From positions 893 through 64,892 of the forward strand of contig JADBJJ010000008.1 in the NCBI GenBank assembly GCA_014874475.1: a DNA stretch of 64,000 bases. Reading direction: 5' to 3'. The notes beneath the pieces are model-generated. The model saw only the letters and a list, made by a program, of their open reading frames with translations. It was not told the origin of the DNA and did not search any database. The first letter of the stretch is position 1, and each line of letters opens with the position of its first letter. The translations under genes were made by a program, and so were the position numbers. This document shows, in pieces, positions 20,716 to 30,252 of this stretch. Origin of the DNA: Chloroflexota bacterium. GTDB taxonomy: Bacteria > Chloroflexota > Anaerolineae > B4-G1 > DUEL01.

Positions 20716-21783
20716 ATGAGGACCTACACCCGCCGCGAATTCCTGCAACTTTCGCTGACCGCGCTGGTCGCGCTGGCCCCCTGGCCGGGCCGAAAAAGGC
20801 TCTGGCGGCCCCCATCCGGGGGGCCCGTCCGTATGGGCCGGGCCATCCACCCTGTGACCATTTATGACGCCCCCAAGCGGGACGCCCAACGCCTCGGTTC
20901 CTGGAAACGGGATGACGTCTTCCCGATTGTGCGAGAGGTGCGGGCCCCTGGCCTCAACGCCTACAACGACCTCTGGTACGAGACCCCCGATGGCTACGTC
21001 TTCTCCGCCTCGGTGCAGCCGATGTGGGTCTGGCCCCCCCAACTGCCGGAGACGAACCTCAGCGACTGGGGCTTCTGGGGCGAGGTCTGCGTCCCGTACA
21101 CCGACGCGCGGGAAGAGCCCCATCCGGACGCGAAAGTTGTCTATCGCTTCTACAATCGGACCACTTACCACGTCGTTGGGGTCGCGTTTGACGATCAGGG
21201 GAACGCGTGGTACAAAATCTACGACGAACTCCCCCCCACCGGCTACCAGTGGGTTCTGGCAGCGGACATCCGCCGAATCACCCGACGGGAACTTTCGCCC
21301 ATTCATCCGTTCGCGGGCGCCAAGCGGATAGAAATTGACCTTTCCCTCCAGACGGTGACCTGCTACGAAGGGAAGCAGGTCGTCTTCACCACCCGCTGCG
21401 CGTCCGGGCTCGGGAAGCGGGTACTGGAAGACGGAACAGTAGAAGACCTCTCCACGCCGGAGGGAGACCACGCCGTCATCCTGAAACAGGTCTCCCGCCA
21501 CATGAGCAACCGTCCCCAGAAGCCAGGGGACCCCGTGCCGGCGGACCTGTTTGACCTGCCGGGGGTACCGTGGGACACCTTTTTTGACCGGCGCGGGACA
21601 GCGATTCACGGCACGTACTGGCACAACGACTACGGCATCCCCCGCAGCCACGGATGTGTGAACGTCTCCATAGACGCGGCGCGCTGGATCTACCGCTGGG
21701 TTTATCCGATCGGTGGTGCGGAGGATGACTTCATTCAGGGAGACAAACAGGTAGGTACGCCAATTCACATTTTCAAATCGTAG
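20716..21783 (+). CDS. L,D-transpeptidase (YkuD domain) with twin-arginine signal peptide
   Basis: Catalytic motif IHGT...SHGCVNVS near the C-terminus. N-terminus MRTYTRREFLQLSLTALVALA matches the Tat consensus (S/T)RRxFL. Confidence 0.75.
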   Translation: MRTYTRREFLQLSLTALVALAPWPGRKRLWRPPSGGPVRMGRAIHPVTIYDAPKRDAQRLGSWKRDDVFPIVREVRAPGLNAYNDLWYETPDGYVFSASVQPMWVWPPQLPETNLSDWGFWGEVCVPYTDAREEPHPDAKVVYRFYNRTTYHVVGVAFDDQGNAWYKIYDELPPTGYQWVLAADIRRITRRELSPIHPFAGAKRIEIDLSLQTVTCYEGKQVVFTTRCASGLGKRVLEDGTVEDLSTPEGDHAVILKQVSRHMSNRPQKPGDPVPADLFDLPGVPWDTFFDRRGTAIHGTYWHNDYGIPRSHGCVNVSIDAARWIYRWVYPIGGAEDDFIQGDKQVGTPIHIFKS

Positions 21784-21944
21784 GACGGGGATAGGGGGGA
21801 GTTTATGGGCGGCAGGTTCGTCGCCCATCAAAACCCCGTCTCTTTCCCTCTCCTCTGGCGGGAGGACTATGGCTCGCCCCACGGCACGGGCCAAGCCGAG
21901 GGCCAGGGTCCGATAAAGAACAGAGTTTCTATAGTGAGGAGCGA

Positions 21945-22706
21945 ATGAAGGAGTGGGAGGCTAAACTGGAGCAAGCCGCTGCCCTGTTGAGGAATGCCCG
22001 CCATGCAGTGGTGTTGACCGGCGCGGGGATCAGCACCCCATCGGGCATCCCGGATTTTCGCTCGCCCGGTTCCGGCTTGTGGGAAAAAGATGATCCTATG
22101 GAGGTGGCGTCCATCCAGGCGCTCCGGCGGAACCCTCAGCGGTTCTACCAGTGGGTGCGCCCGCTCGTCGCGCTGATGCGCCATGCTCAACCCAACCCCG
22201 CCCACATTGCGCTGGCCCGACTGGAGGCCGCCGGGCGCATCCAGGCCGTCATCACCCAGAACATAGACGGCCTGCACCAGCGGGCCGGCTCTCGGGTGGT
22301 TTTGGAATTGCACGGTCACCTGCGGACGGCGACCTGCCTGAACTGCTTCCAGAAAAGTTCCACAGAGGGGCTGTCGGAAACCGTGGAGCGGGGGGAGATC
22401 CCGCGCTGTCCCCACTGCGGAGGAGTGGTCAAACCGGACGTGATCCTCTTTGGCGAACAACTCCCCATGGATGTCTTCGTCGCCGCGATGGAGCATGCCC
22501 GCCAGGCCGACCTGATGCTGGTGGTCGGGTCATCGCTGATGGTTATGCCGGCAGCGAAACTCCCAGCGGTGACCCATGCCAGCGGGGGAGCATTGCTGAT
22601 TTTCAACCAGCAGAGTACATATGCCGATGCGTTCGCCGCCGCTATCTTCCACGCCGATGTGGTGGAGACTTTGCCCCGTCTGGCTGAGAAGTGTCTGGGG
22701 GAGTGA
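21945..22706 (+). CDS. cobB: NAD-dependent protein deacylase (Sir2 family)
   Basis: 253 aa. GAGISTPSGIPDFRS, QNIDGLH, and zinc ribbon CxxC...CPHCGG. Confidence 0.88.
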   Translation: MKEWEAKLEQAAALLRNARHAVVLTGAGISTPSGIPDFRSPGSGLWEKDDPMEVASIQALRRNPQRFYQWVRPLVALMRHAQPNPAHIALARLEAAGRIQAVITQNIDGLHQRAGSRVVLELHGHLRTATCLNCFQKSSTEGLSETVERGEIPRCPHCGGVVKPDVILFGEQLPMDVFVAAMEHARQADLMLVVGSSLMVMPAAKLPAVTHASGGALLIFNQQSTYADAFAAAIFHADVVETLPRLAEKCLGE

Positions 22707-22770
22707 GACGATTCGTATCAACCCAGAGCAGGGGGGGAGCGGCTGAGGGCCCACGGACGTTGTGAGTACC

Positions 22771-22811
22771 AGGGGGCGAGAGGCAAAGGCTGACCGCCCC
22801 CTGTTTCTTTT
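22771..22811 (+). terminator. Rho-independent terminator after the sirtuin gene
   Basis: 8-bp stem AGGGGGCG (22771-22778) pairing with CGCCCCCT (22795-22802), then GTTTCTTTT. Confidence 0.5.
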
Positions 22812-22852
22812 GACCTCTGCCCGCCCCTCTCCCCGCGCCGCTGCGGTGAACT

Positions 22853-24421
22853 CTACAGACGGATCAGCCGGATATCGCGTCGGGTCCGCCCTGGACGACG
22901 GGCTTTCCCGATGCCGCGAAGGCTGATCTCGTAGAGGCTGAGCGCCGCAACCAGTCCGAAGGAAAGCGCGTAGAGAAACAAAAAGGGGACAACGCCCATC
23001 TGGCCCTGACTCCAGGCCATAGCGATTGTGGCCATAGCGTAAACGGCCAGGAATCCCTCTCCCACGATAGACCGATCCTGGGTCAGGCAATACGGACTGC
23101 GCTGCCAGTTCTTCGCCCGTCCGTCCAGGTGAAACTTGGGGGTTCGGGCAAACACCCCACCCCAATGGGTCAACCCCTGCAGGATGGCGACGGTGTTACC
23201 CCAGGCGATGCCCGTTCCCAGAAGGACCAGGGTTGGAAAGGCCAGCAACCGTCGCTTCCAGTCCCGGTATAGCGCCCACTGTCCCGTGCCGTAAACCAGA
23301 ACCGGTCCCAGGCAGAAGGGCCCTAGCAATCGGGAAACGTCCCCCAGCGGCGACGGAACCAGAAGGGTGACAGGGGTGAGCAACAGAAGCAGGATGAGCA
23401 AGGGATGGATAAAATAACCGCTCAGGTGAAGAAGCCCGAACAGTTTGCGGATGAGGCCGATCCGGCGGCTGGCCAGAAGTGGGCGCGCCAGTTTCCGCAG
23501 GCACTGCGCCGATCCTCGGGCCCAGCGGGCCTGCTGCTGTTTGAAGGCCAGCATCTGGGGCGGGAGTTCGGCGGGACAATCCACTTCCGGCAAGAAGCGA
23601 CAGCGCCAACCCGCCAGTTGGGCACGGTAACTCAGGTCCAGGTCCTCGCAGACGGTATCGCTCTGCCAGCCGCCGCTTTCCTCAATGCAGGCCCGCCGCC
23701 AGACCCCGCCGCTGCCGTTGAAGTGCATCAGCAGGCTCGCTCGGCTGCGGGCCATCTGCTCCACCACAAAGTGACCGTCCAGCGCGATCGCCTCTGCCCG
23801 AGTGATGAGGGATTGATCGGCGTTGAGGTGGGACCAGCGGGTCTGCACCATGCCCAGACGGGGGTCAGCCAGGAAGTGGGGGACGACCCGGAGCAGGAAG
23901 TCAGGGCGGGGACAGAAATCGGCGTCAAAGACCGCGATTAGTTCCCCACGCGCCTGCTGAAGCCCCCAGGCCAGGGCGCCGGCCTTGAAGCCGGTCCGGT
24001 CGGAACGGTGGAGCACCCGGATATCCACCCCGCGCGCCTGCCAGAAGGCCGCCCGGGCCTGAGCGATGGCCGTCGTCTGGTCGGTGGAGTCATCCAGGAC
24101 CTGGATCTCCAGCCGGTCGCGGGGATAATCCAGAGAGGCCACCGCGTCTATCAGCCGCCGCACCACGTGCCGCTCGTTGTAAAGGGGCAGTTGGACGGTG
24201 ACGGTCGGCAAACCCTCCCCCCACCCCCGCTGCCTTCGGCGGGGGTCAAGAGGGAAAGGTGAGAACTCACTCCATCCCCTGGCCCCCTCCGAGCGCCGGT
24301 GCCACCAGTAGAGCACCAGCAACACCCAACTGTGCAGACCGTAGACCGCCAGCCAGAGGGTAATCAGGGCGTAGATGACCGCCAGAAATTGTAAAAGGGG
24401 ACCCAGTTCAGGGAACGGCAT
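22853..24421 (-). CDS. Processive family-2 glycosyltransferase (cellulose/mannan-synthase-like)
   Basis: 522 aa. N- and C-terminal TM helices and D,D,D,QxxRW signature: VLDDSTD, VFDADF, CEDLDLS, QQQARWARG. Confidence 0.8.
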   Translation of the reverse strand: MPFPELGPLLQFLAVIYALITLWLAVYGLHSWVLLVLYWWHRRSEGARGWSEFSPFPLDPRRRQRGWGEGLPTVTVQLPLYNERHVVRRLIDAVASLDYPRDRLEIQVLDDSTDQTTAIAQARAAFWQARGVDIRVLHRSDRTGFKAGALAWGLQQARGELIAVFDADFCPRPDFLLRVVPHFLADPRLGMVQTRWSHLNADQSLITRAEAIALDGHFVVEQMARSRASLLMHFNGSGGVWRRACIEESGGWQSDTVCEDLDLSYRAQLAGWRCRFLPEVDCPAELPPQMLAFKQQQARWARGSAQCLRKLARPLLASRRIGLIRKLFGLLHLSGYFIHPLLILLLLLTPVTLLVPSPLGDVSRLLGPFCLGPVLVYGTGQWALYRDWKRRLLAFPTLVLLGTGIAWGNTVAILQGLTHWGGVFARTPKFHLDGRAKNWQRSPYCLTQDRSIVGEGFLAVYAMATIAMAWSQGQMGVVPFLFLYALSFGLVAALSLYEISLRGIGKARRPGRTRRDIRLIRL

Positions 24422-24436
24422 AGAAAACCGACGTTC

Positions 24437-25234
24437 TCAGGGGACAATGTCGCGCCGCCCGAAGCCCACCAGTCCGATGAGCAAGAGAAGCAGAGACCCT
24501 ACCAGCAGAAGGGCGACATGCTCCAGGATGATGCCGTCTCCCAGGGGACGGCCCGCGATGTACCAGTAATAGATTGTCCATTTCTCCAGAGGCTGCAGGC
24601 GTTCGGAGAGGGGCACCAGTCCGTTCAGGATATAGCCGCCCACAGCCAGCGTGATGGCAGTGGCGACGGCGGTTGCCCGGCCCCGAACGGCACAGGCCAG
24701 GGCAAAAGCGACCGTCCCATAGAGCAGGGTCAGCGGCAACAGATGGAGCCCTGCCAGCAGCCACCTGCCCGGCGGAACGTCGGATCCGATCGTCAAGCCT
24801 CCCACCAGCATGCTCAGGCCGAAAATGAGGCAGATCGCCGCCAGCGCAGCGACCAGCGCGGCGTACTTCTCCAGCACCACCCGCCAGCGGGAAATCGGAT
24901 GGGCCAGAAGGATGTCCATCGTCCCGCCCTCTATCTCTCCGGTGACCAATCCAACCGCCGCGCCCACAGCGTAGATGGCCAAAACCAGCGGCAGGTAACT
25001 CAGGAGCGAGCCGGTCATATACTCATCCATTGTGGTAAAGGACCGGATGTTGCCCAGGAAGGCCAGCGCCTCCGGCGGGAGAGCCAGGAGTATCTGATCA
25101 TAGAACTCACCAGCCTTCTGGACAGAAGGGTAAAACAGCAGGGTGAGATAGGCCAGAGCGCCCAGTCCCAGCCCCCAGCCCAGGATGGCTTTCCGCTGGT
25201 CGTAGAAGGTTTTCAGAAAGACGCTGCGCAGCAT
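24437..25234 (-). CDS. ABC-2 type transporter permease
   Basis: Start moved to the ATG at 25234 (AGGAGG 5 nt upstream), giving MLRSVFLKTFYDQRK. About six hydrophobic helices. Located 15 nt upstream of the GT2 gene and downstream of the ATPase. Confidence 0.65.
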   Translation of the reverse strand: MLRSVFLKTFYDQRKAILGWGLGLGALAYLTLLFYPSVQKAGEFYDQILLALPPEALAFLGNIRSFTTMDEYMTGSLLSYLPLVLAIYAVGAAVGLVTGEIEGGTMDILLAHPISRWRVVLEKYAALVAALAAICLIFGLSMLVGGLTIGSDVPPGRWLLAGLHLLPLTLLYGTVAFALACAVRGRATAVATAITLAVGGYILNGLVPLSERLQPLEKWTIYYWYIAGRPLGDGIILEHVALLLVGSLLLLLIGLVGFGRRDIVP

Positions 25235-25282
25235 AAGAACCTCCTGGTTGAACCCCATACCACGGACCACGGATGTCTATCG

Positions 25283-26215
25283 TCAGTCGTCTGTGGTCGG
25301 TCGTCTGGGGTCCGTCGCCTGTCGTGCGTCGTCCCTGTAGAACGCCAGAAATACTTCTTCCAGGTTCGGCTCGTAGGTGACAATATTCAACACAGTGTGC
25401 TGAGCCGCTGCCTTGACCACCGGGTCCAGGCTCCCCTGGATAGCGATGTGCAGGGTAGCGCCAGAGGCGGCCACTTCCCGCACTCCGGGGATGGCGCGGA
25501 AGGGCTCGGGGTCCACTGGCCCCTCAAAGACCAGGTCCATCCGGCGCACGGCCACCCCTTTGAGGCCGGAGACGGTCTCCACGGCGACCAGCCGTCCTTC
25601 CCGCAGGATGCCAACCCGGTCGCACAGCCGCTCTACCTCCGGCAGGATATGAGAGGAGAAGAAAACAGTTCGGCCATCCCGCCGGACTTCCTCCAGCAGT
25701 TCGTAGAGCACCTGCTGCATTAGCGGGTCCAGCCCGGTGGTCGGCTCATCCAGGATCAGCAGTTCCGGGCGGTGCATCAGAGCCATAATGAGGCCAATTT
25801 TTTGCCGGTTGCCGTGGGAGAGGGTGCGGATGGGGCGGCTCAGATCGGCCTCCAGGCGGTCGGCCAGGCGGGCGATCTCTTTCCGGGGGACACCATTGCG
25901 CAGATGGGCGGCGTACTCCAGCACCTGCTGACCGGTCAGGTCGGAGTAGAGAGCCAATTCGCCGGGGAGATAACCCACCCGCCGCCGAACTGCCACGCCG
26001 TCCCGCCGGGGGTCCAGGCCCAGAACCCGGATTTGTCCCCGGGTGGGGCGGATGAGGTCCAGCAGCAGGCGGATGGTGGTGGTCTTCCCGGCGCCATTAG
26101 GGCCCAGGAAGCCAAAGATTTCGCCCCGCTCCACCTGCAGGCTGACGTCTATAATGCCGCGCGAGCGGCCGTAGTATTTGGTCAGGCCTTCGGTTTCAAT
26201 GACGGGCAAGGTCAT
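25283..26215 (-). CDS. ABC transporter ATP-binding protein
   Basis: Walker A GPNGAGKTTT, signature LSHGNRQK, Walker B LLILDEPTTGLD. Confidence 0.88.
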   Translation of the reverse strand: MTLPVIETEGLTKYYGRSRGIIDVSLQVERGEIFGFLGPNGAGKTTTIRLLLDLIRPTRGQIRVLGLDPRRDGVAVRRRVGYLPGELALYSDLTGQQVLEYAAHLRNGVPRKEIARLADRLEADLSRPIRTLSHGNRQKIGLIMALMHRPELLILDEPTTGLDPLMQQVLYELLEEVRRDGRTVFFSSHILPEVERLCDRVGILREGRLVAVETVSGLKGVAVRRMDLVFEGPVDPEPFRAIPGVREVAASGATLHIAIQGSLDPVVKAAAQHTVLNIVTYEPNLEEVFLAFYRDDARQATDPRRPTTDD

Positions 26216-26332
26216 TCTGACTCCCTCCGTCGCGCAATCTCACCAGGTCGTACCGGGTGGACGCCTCCAATTGTGCCTGCCCCCTTCTCCCGCCCGACTG
26301 GGGCGGCAGGAGAGAAGAAGAGCCTTTCACCC

Positions 26333-27574
26333 CTATAATACTGGATGCCCCAGCAGCGCGGCCAGGTCGGCCAGGGCGGCCTCCACATCGGCGCAGACGA
26401 TGGTATGGATGCCCAGCATCCGGGCAGCGTCCGTATTGCGGACGTGGTCATCTATAAAGATGGCCTGCTCGGGCCGCACGTCCAGCCGGTCCAGGGTCAA
26501 TTGGTAAATGGCCGGGTCGGGCTTGGCCAGGCCCACCTCCGCGGAATTCACGTACAGGTCAAACTCGGTGCGAGGGTCAAAGCCATGCCGCCGCCGAAGG
26601 GAGTCGGCGTGGCCAGGGAAGGCGTTGGTGAGCAGGGCCACCCGGTACTGCCCCCGCAGGTTTCGGACCGCAGCGACAACGCCTGGATGCAGGCCATCGT
26701 CGGCATAGAACTCACGGTAGAACTGCCGCAGAGCCTCTCGGTCGGGCAGGCCCAGAGCATGCATCAGATGCGCGTCGTAGGCCTCCTGAGAGATGGCGCC
26801 GATTTCCAGCAATTTCCATTCCGGTCCCCAGAGGGCCTGATCCATAGCACCCGGCGGCAGCCCCAGCCGAACCTCCCATTGGGAAGAGCGTTGCAGGAAA
26901 TTCAGCGGAGAAAGAACTCCGCCCCAGTCCCAGATGACGGCGCGGATACCTGAGATCGGCCGCAGGTCGGGGGGCCGGACGGGCAATCCGGCTTCCAGCA
27001 GGGCCCGCCGCAGAGAGACAGTCCCCCGGAAGAGCACCCCCACCATCCCCAACTGCCGGGCGGCCTCCACGTTGGGTTTCCAGTCGTCCACGAAGACGGC
27101 CTCCTCGGGGGCCACGCCCAGCCGCTCCAGGGCGACGCGGTAGATGGCGGGGTCGGGCTTCAGGACTCCCTCTTCCCCGGAGATGACCACCGCATCCAAC
27201 AGGGGCTCCAGGTTGCCCAGGCGCTGACGTATCTCGGGGATGTGATTGCTCAGCAAGCCATTCCGGATGCCAGCCTGGCGCAATTCCCGGATCAGCCGGA
27301 CCAGTTCCTCATCCAGTCGGTCGCCGGCCCAAAAATCTCGCTGCAGAGCGGCGATTTCGGTCTCACCGATGCCCAGGCGGTCGGCCACTTCTGCCCAGAC
27401 ATCATCCACGGATGCTTCGCCCCGCTGGGCCCGATCCCAGGCCGAACTCTCAAATACCACGTCGACCAGGCCGCCGGGATGCAGGCGCAGTCGTCGCTCC
27501 CAGGCCATGCGCGGCCGGACGTCCATCGTGCGCATCAGCACGCCGCCCCAATCCCAGATCACAGCACGTATCAC
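26333..27574 (-). CDS. Tandem double HAD-superfamily hydrolase
   Basis: 413 aa with two complete HAD units. Each begins IRAVIWDWGGVL (DxG nucleophile motif) and each has a (F/I)(V/I)DD motif IV. Confidence 0.75.
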   Translation of the reverse strand: MIRAVIWDWGGVLMRTMDVRPRMAWERRLRLHPGGLVDVVFESSAWDRAQRGEASVDDVWAEVADRLGIGETEIAALQRDFWAGDRLDEELVRLIRELRQAGIRNGLLSNHIPEIRQRLGNLEPLLDAVVISGEEGVLKPDPAIYRVALERLGVAPEEAVFVDDWKPNVEAARQLGMVGVLFRGTVSLRRALLEAGLPVRPPDLRPISGIRAVIWDWGGVLSPLNFLQRSSQWEVRLGLPPGAMDQALWGPEWKLLEIGAISQEAYDAHLMHALGLPDREALRQFYREFYADDGLHPGVVAAVRNLRGQYRVALLTNAFPGHADSLRRRHGFDPRTEFDLYVNSAEVGLAKPDPAIYQLTLDRLDVRPEQAIFIDDHVRNTDAARMLGIHTIVCADVEAALADLAALLGHPVL

Positions 27575-28284
27575 GGGGTATCCTCCGGTGGGGGAAAAAG
27601 TTTGAGCAGGTCGGAAAAGCGATGAAGGGTAACCACCCGTTCCGGGTCAGCAATAGGCACTTCCTCAAAAGACCACGGACGATGGTAGGGGATATGGATA
27701 GCACCGATACCCACCGCCAGCGCCGGGTTGATGTCCGAACGAGGGCTGTTGCCGATCATCCACGTCCGCTGGGGGGCCAGATTGTGGGAGACCAGCAGGC
27801 CCTGCAAGACATCCGGCCCCTTTTCCGGAACGATGTGAACAGCCTCAAAGTAGGGGGCCAATCCGGACCGTTCCACCTTGCCCCGCTGGATTTCGGGGTC
27901 GCCTTTGGTGAGCAGAAAGAGGCGGCAGTGGCGGGAGAGGGCGGCGACCGTCTCGGCGACGCCGTCCAGCAGAATGATGGGGTATTCTATCACCCGGTTG
28001 CCAATGGCCTCCACCTCCGCCTCCACATCGGGTTGGGGCACACGGCCGCTCTCCCGGCAGAGTTGACGGTACGCTAGAGCCATACTGCGGGCGAACTCCT
28101 GAGGCGCGTAGCCATAAATAGGAACCCGCTCATGCTCTACCCGGGCCAGGGTCCCCCGGGCCCGCTGGGGGTCAAACCCCTCGCGGGTCATCCGTTCGGC
28201 AAAGGCGTCGGTCGCCTCTTCATAGAAGATGTTGTTCTCCCAGAGAGTATCGTCAGCATCTAAAATCAGGACTACTTTCTCCAT
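27571..28284 (-). CDS. HAD-superfamily hydrolase
   Basis: Start at the ATG at 28284, giving MEKVVLILDADDTLW (DxDxT motif I). GDPEIQ..K and GNSPRSD motifs. Its stop overlaps the GTG start of the downstream double-HAD gene (GTGA). Confidence 0.7.
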   Translation of the reverse strand: MEKVVLILDADDTLWENNIFYEEATDAFAERMTREGFDPQRARGTLARVEHERVPIYGYAPQEFARSMALAYRQLCRESGRVPQPDVEAEVEAIGNRVIEYPIILLDGVAETVAALSRHCRLFLLTKGDPEIQRGKVERSGLAPYFEAVHIVPEKGPDVLQGLLVSHNLAPQRTWMIGNSPRSDINPALAVGIGAIHIPYHRPWSFEEVPIADPERVVTLHRFSDLLKLFPPPEDTP

Positions 28285-28449
28285 GGCGAGCCTTATTATA
28301 CCAGAATGCGGCGAAATCGGGAATAGGGTATGTCCATCTTTCGTCCCAGTTTGGGACACACCCCAGCCACATCGCGGGCTTGACACCCGCCAAAACTATG
28401 CTACCATATCGGACGAAGACACGGATTTAAAATCTATCCGCGTTCGTCC

Positions 28450-30009
28450 GTGAGCCATTTTCGTGGTGAGCATATGCGTTCTGGCGAATCCCCCTGGCTG
28501 TATCTGACCGCTTTCCTCGGCGGCGCCGTCTCCCTGGGGGTGGAACTGGCAGCCTCCCGCCTGCTGGCCCCCTTCTTCGGCGAGTCGCTGCCGGTGTGGG
28601 CCGCCGTCATCGGCCTGATTCTGCTCTACCTGACGGTGGGCTATTTTCTGGGTGGCCGCTGGGCCGACCGCTCCCCCCACCCCGACATCCTCTACGAAAT
28701 CGCCGTCTGGGGGACGTGGCTGGTAGGGATAATCCCCTTCGTGGCCCGCCCGGTGCTTCTCCAGGCTGCGGAAGGCATGGCCCGCTTCAATATCCCGCTG
28801 ACTGTCGGCCCCTTTGTTGGTGTGCTCCTCCTCTTTGCTGCCCCCATCACTCTGCTGGGCTGTCTCTCCCCCTTCGTCATCCGGCTGCTGGTGGACCGGG
28901 TAGAAGAGACGGGTAGAGTCGCTGGGCGGGTGTATGCCCTCTCCACCGTCGGGAGTCTCTCGGGGACGCTCGTGACGGTCTTCGGGTTGATCCCCGCCCT
29001 GGGCACCCGCAGCACCTTTGTCGTCCTCTCCTTATCTCTCCTGCTCCCTGCGCTGGTGGGATTGGCCCGCGCCCGGCCCCGACGCGCCGTCCTCTATCTC
29101 TGGATGCCACTGACGGTGGTGGCATTGGCTCTTTGGGCACACGGTCGGCCACTCAAGCCTCAGGCGGGGGTCATCTATGAGACCGAATCGGCCCACCACT
29201 ACATCCAGGTGGTGGAGCGGGGCGGGTGGCGGTATCTCTACCTGAACGAGGGACTAGGTATCCACTCCGCCTATCGGCCCGGCGTGCGGCGAGTTGGCGG
29301 GACGTGGGACCTCTTTCTGGTCGCTCCATTGTTCAACCCGCCGCCGTTCTCCCACGACCGGGTTCGCTCTATGGCGATGGTGGGGCTGGCAGGCGGCACC
29401 ATCCCCAAACTCTACACGACCTTCTACGGCCCCATCCCCATAGACGGCATAGAACTGGACCCGGCGGTAGTGCGGGTAGGTCGGAAGTACTTCGGGATGA
29501 CGGAGACGAATCTTCAGGTGACGGTGGGCGACGGGCGGGCGGTCCTGGCTCGCTCCCCGCGCCGCTACAGTGTGGTCGGGGTGGATGCTTACCGGCTTCC
29601 CTACATCCCCTGGCATCTAACGACAGTGGAGTTCTTCCAGGAAGTACGCCGGCATTTGGAGGAGGACGGCGTGGTGGCGGTGAACGTGGGTCGCACTACC
29701 GGGGATGACCATCTGGTGGCAGCCATCGCGGCTACGCTGCGCGTGGTCTTCCCAACGGTCCACGCCGTAGATGTTCCGAACTCCTTCAACACCATCCTGG
29801 TTGCCACAATCCAGCCGACAACGGCCGAGAATCTGCGGGCGAACCGGGAAGGGCTGGTTGATCCCGACCTGCGCGCGATTGCCGATGAGGCGCTGGCGAA
29901 TCTGCGGCCTGTGCCGGAGGGTGGCATCGTCCTCACTGACGACCGGGCGCCAGTGGAAGCGATCACTCATGCGATGATTCTGGCATATTTGGCCGGAAGG
30001 TTGGAGTAA
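28450..30009 (+). CDS. Fused polytopic membrane domain / spermidine-synthase-like (aminopropyltransferase fold) protein
   Basis: About 200 aa with roughly 7 TM helices, then a class-I methyltransferase-like region VGLAGGTIP...GIELDP...GDGR...D(A)Y, as in proteins annotated as fused MFS/spermidine synthase. A possible promoter (TTGACA 28380-28385, 16-nt spacer, TACCAT) lies upstream. Confidence 0.65.
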   Translation: MSHFRGEHMRSGESPWLYLTAFLGGAVSLGVELAASRLLAPFFGESLPVWAAVIGLILLYLTVGYFLGGRWADRSPHPDILYEIAVWGTWLVGIIPFVARPVLLQAAEGMARFNIPLTVGPFVGVLLLFAAPITLLGCLSPFVIRLLVDRVEETGRVAGRVYALSTVGSLSGTLVTVFGLIPALGTRSTFVVLSLSLLLPALVGLARARPRRAVLYLWMPLTVVALALWAHGRPLKPQAGVIYETESAHHYIQVVERGGWRYLYLNEGLGIHSAYRPGVRRVGGTWDLFLVAPLFNPPPFSHDRVRSMAMVGLAGGTIPKLYTTFYGPIPIDGIELDPAVVRVGRKYFGMTETNLQVTVGDGRAVLARSPRRYSVVGVDAYRLPYIPWHLTTVEFFQEVRRHLEEDGVVAVNVGRTTGDDHLVAAIAATLRVVFPTVHAVDVPNSFNTILVATIQPTTAENLRANREGLVDPDLRAIADEALANLRPVPEGGIVLTDDRAPVEAITHAMILAYLAGRLE

Positions 30010-30012
30010 AGG

Positions 30013-30041
30013 TTGACGGAATCGGAAAGTTGCGGTATAAT
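30013..30041 (+). promoter_or_regulatory. Sigma-70 promoter of tRNA-Asn
   Basis: TTGACG (30013-30018), 17-nt spacer, TATAAT (30036-30041). The tRNA 5' end is 15 nt downstream. Confidence 0.65.
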
Positions 30042-30055
30042 ATACCCGCACACGG

Positions 30056-30131
30056 TCCTCGGTAGCTCAACAGGTAGAGCGGCCGGCTGTTAACCGGTTG
30101 GTTGCAGGTTCGAGTCCTGCCCGAGGAGCCA
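30056..30131 (+). tRNA. tRNA-Asn (anticodon GTT), CCA encoded
   Basis: 76 nt. Acceptor stem TCCTCGG/CCGAGGA, D arm GCTC-AACAGGTA-GAGC, anticodon arm GCCGG-CTGTTAA-CCGGT, T arm GCAGG-TTCGAGT-CCTGC, discriminator G plus CCA. Confidence 0.92.
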
Positions 30132-30169
30132 GAGCGAGGCCACCCCTCGCCTCCCCCACCCCCTATGCG

Positions 30170-30207
30170 CCGGCCCGGTGATACGCCGGGCCGGTTGCGT
30201 TGTTTTC
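30170..30207 (+). terminator. Rho-independent terminator after tRNA-Asn
   Basis: 9-bp GC stem CCGGCCCGG (30170-30178) pairing with CCGGGCCGG (30186-30194), 7-nt loop, then TTGCGTTGTTTTC. A candidate promoter for the ABC operon overlaps the tail: TTGCGT (30195), 17-nt spacer, TACAAT (30218). Confidence 0.6.
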
Positions 30208-30252
30208 AGAGAAGGTGTACAATTCATGCCACACTCTTGAGGAGGCGCTTTT

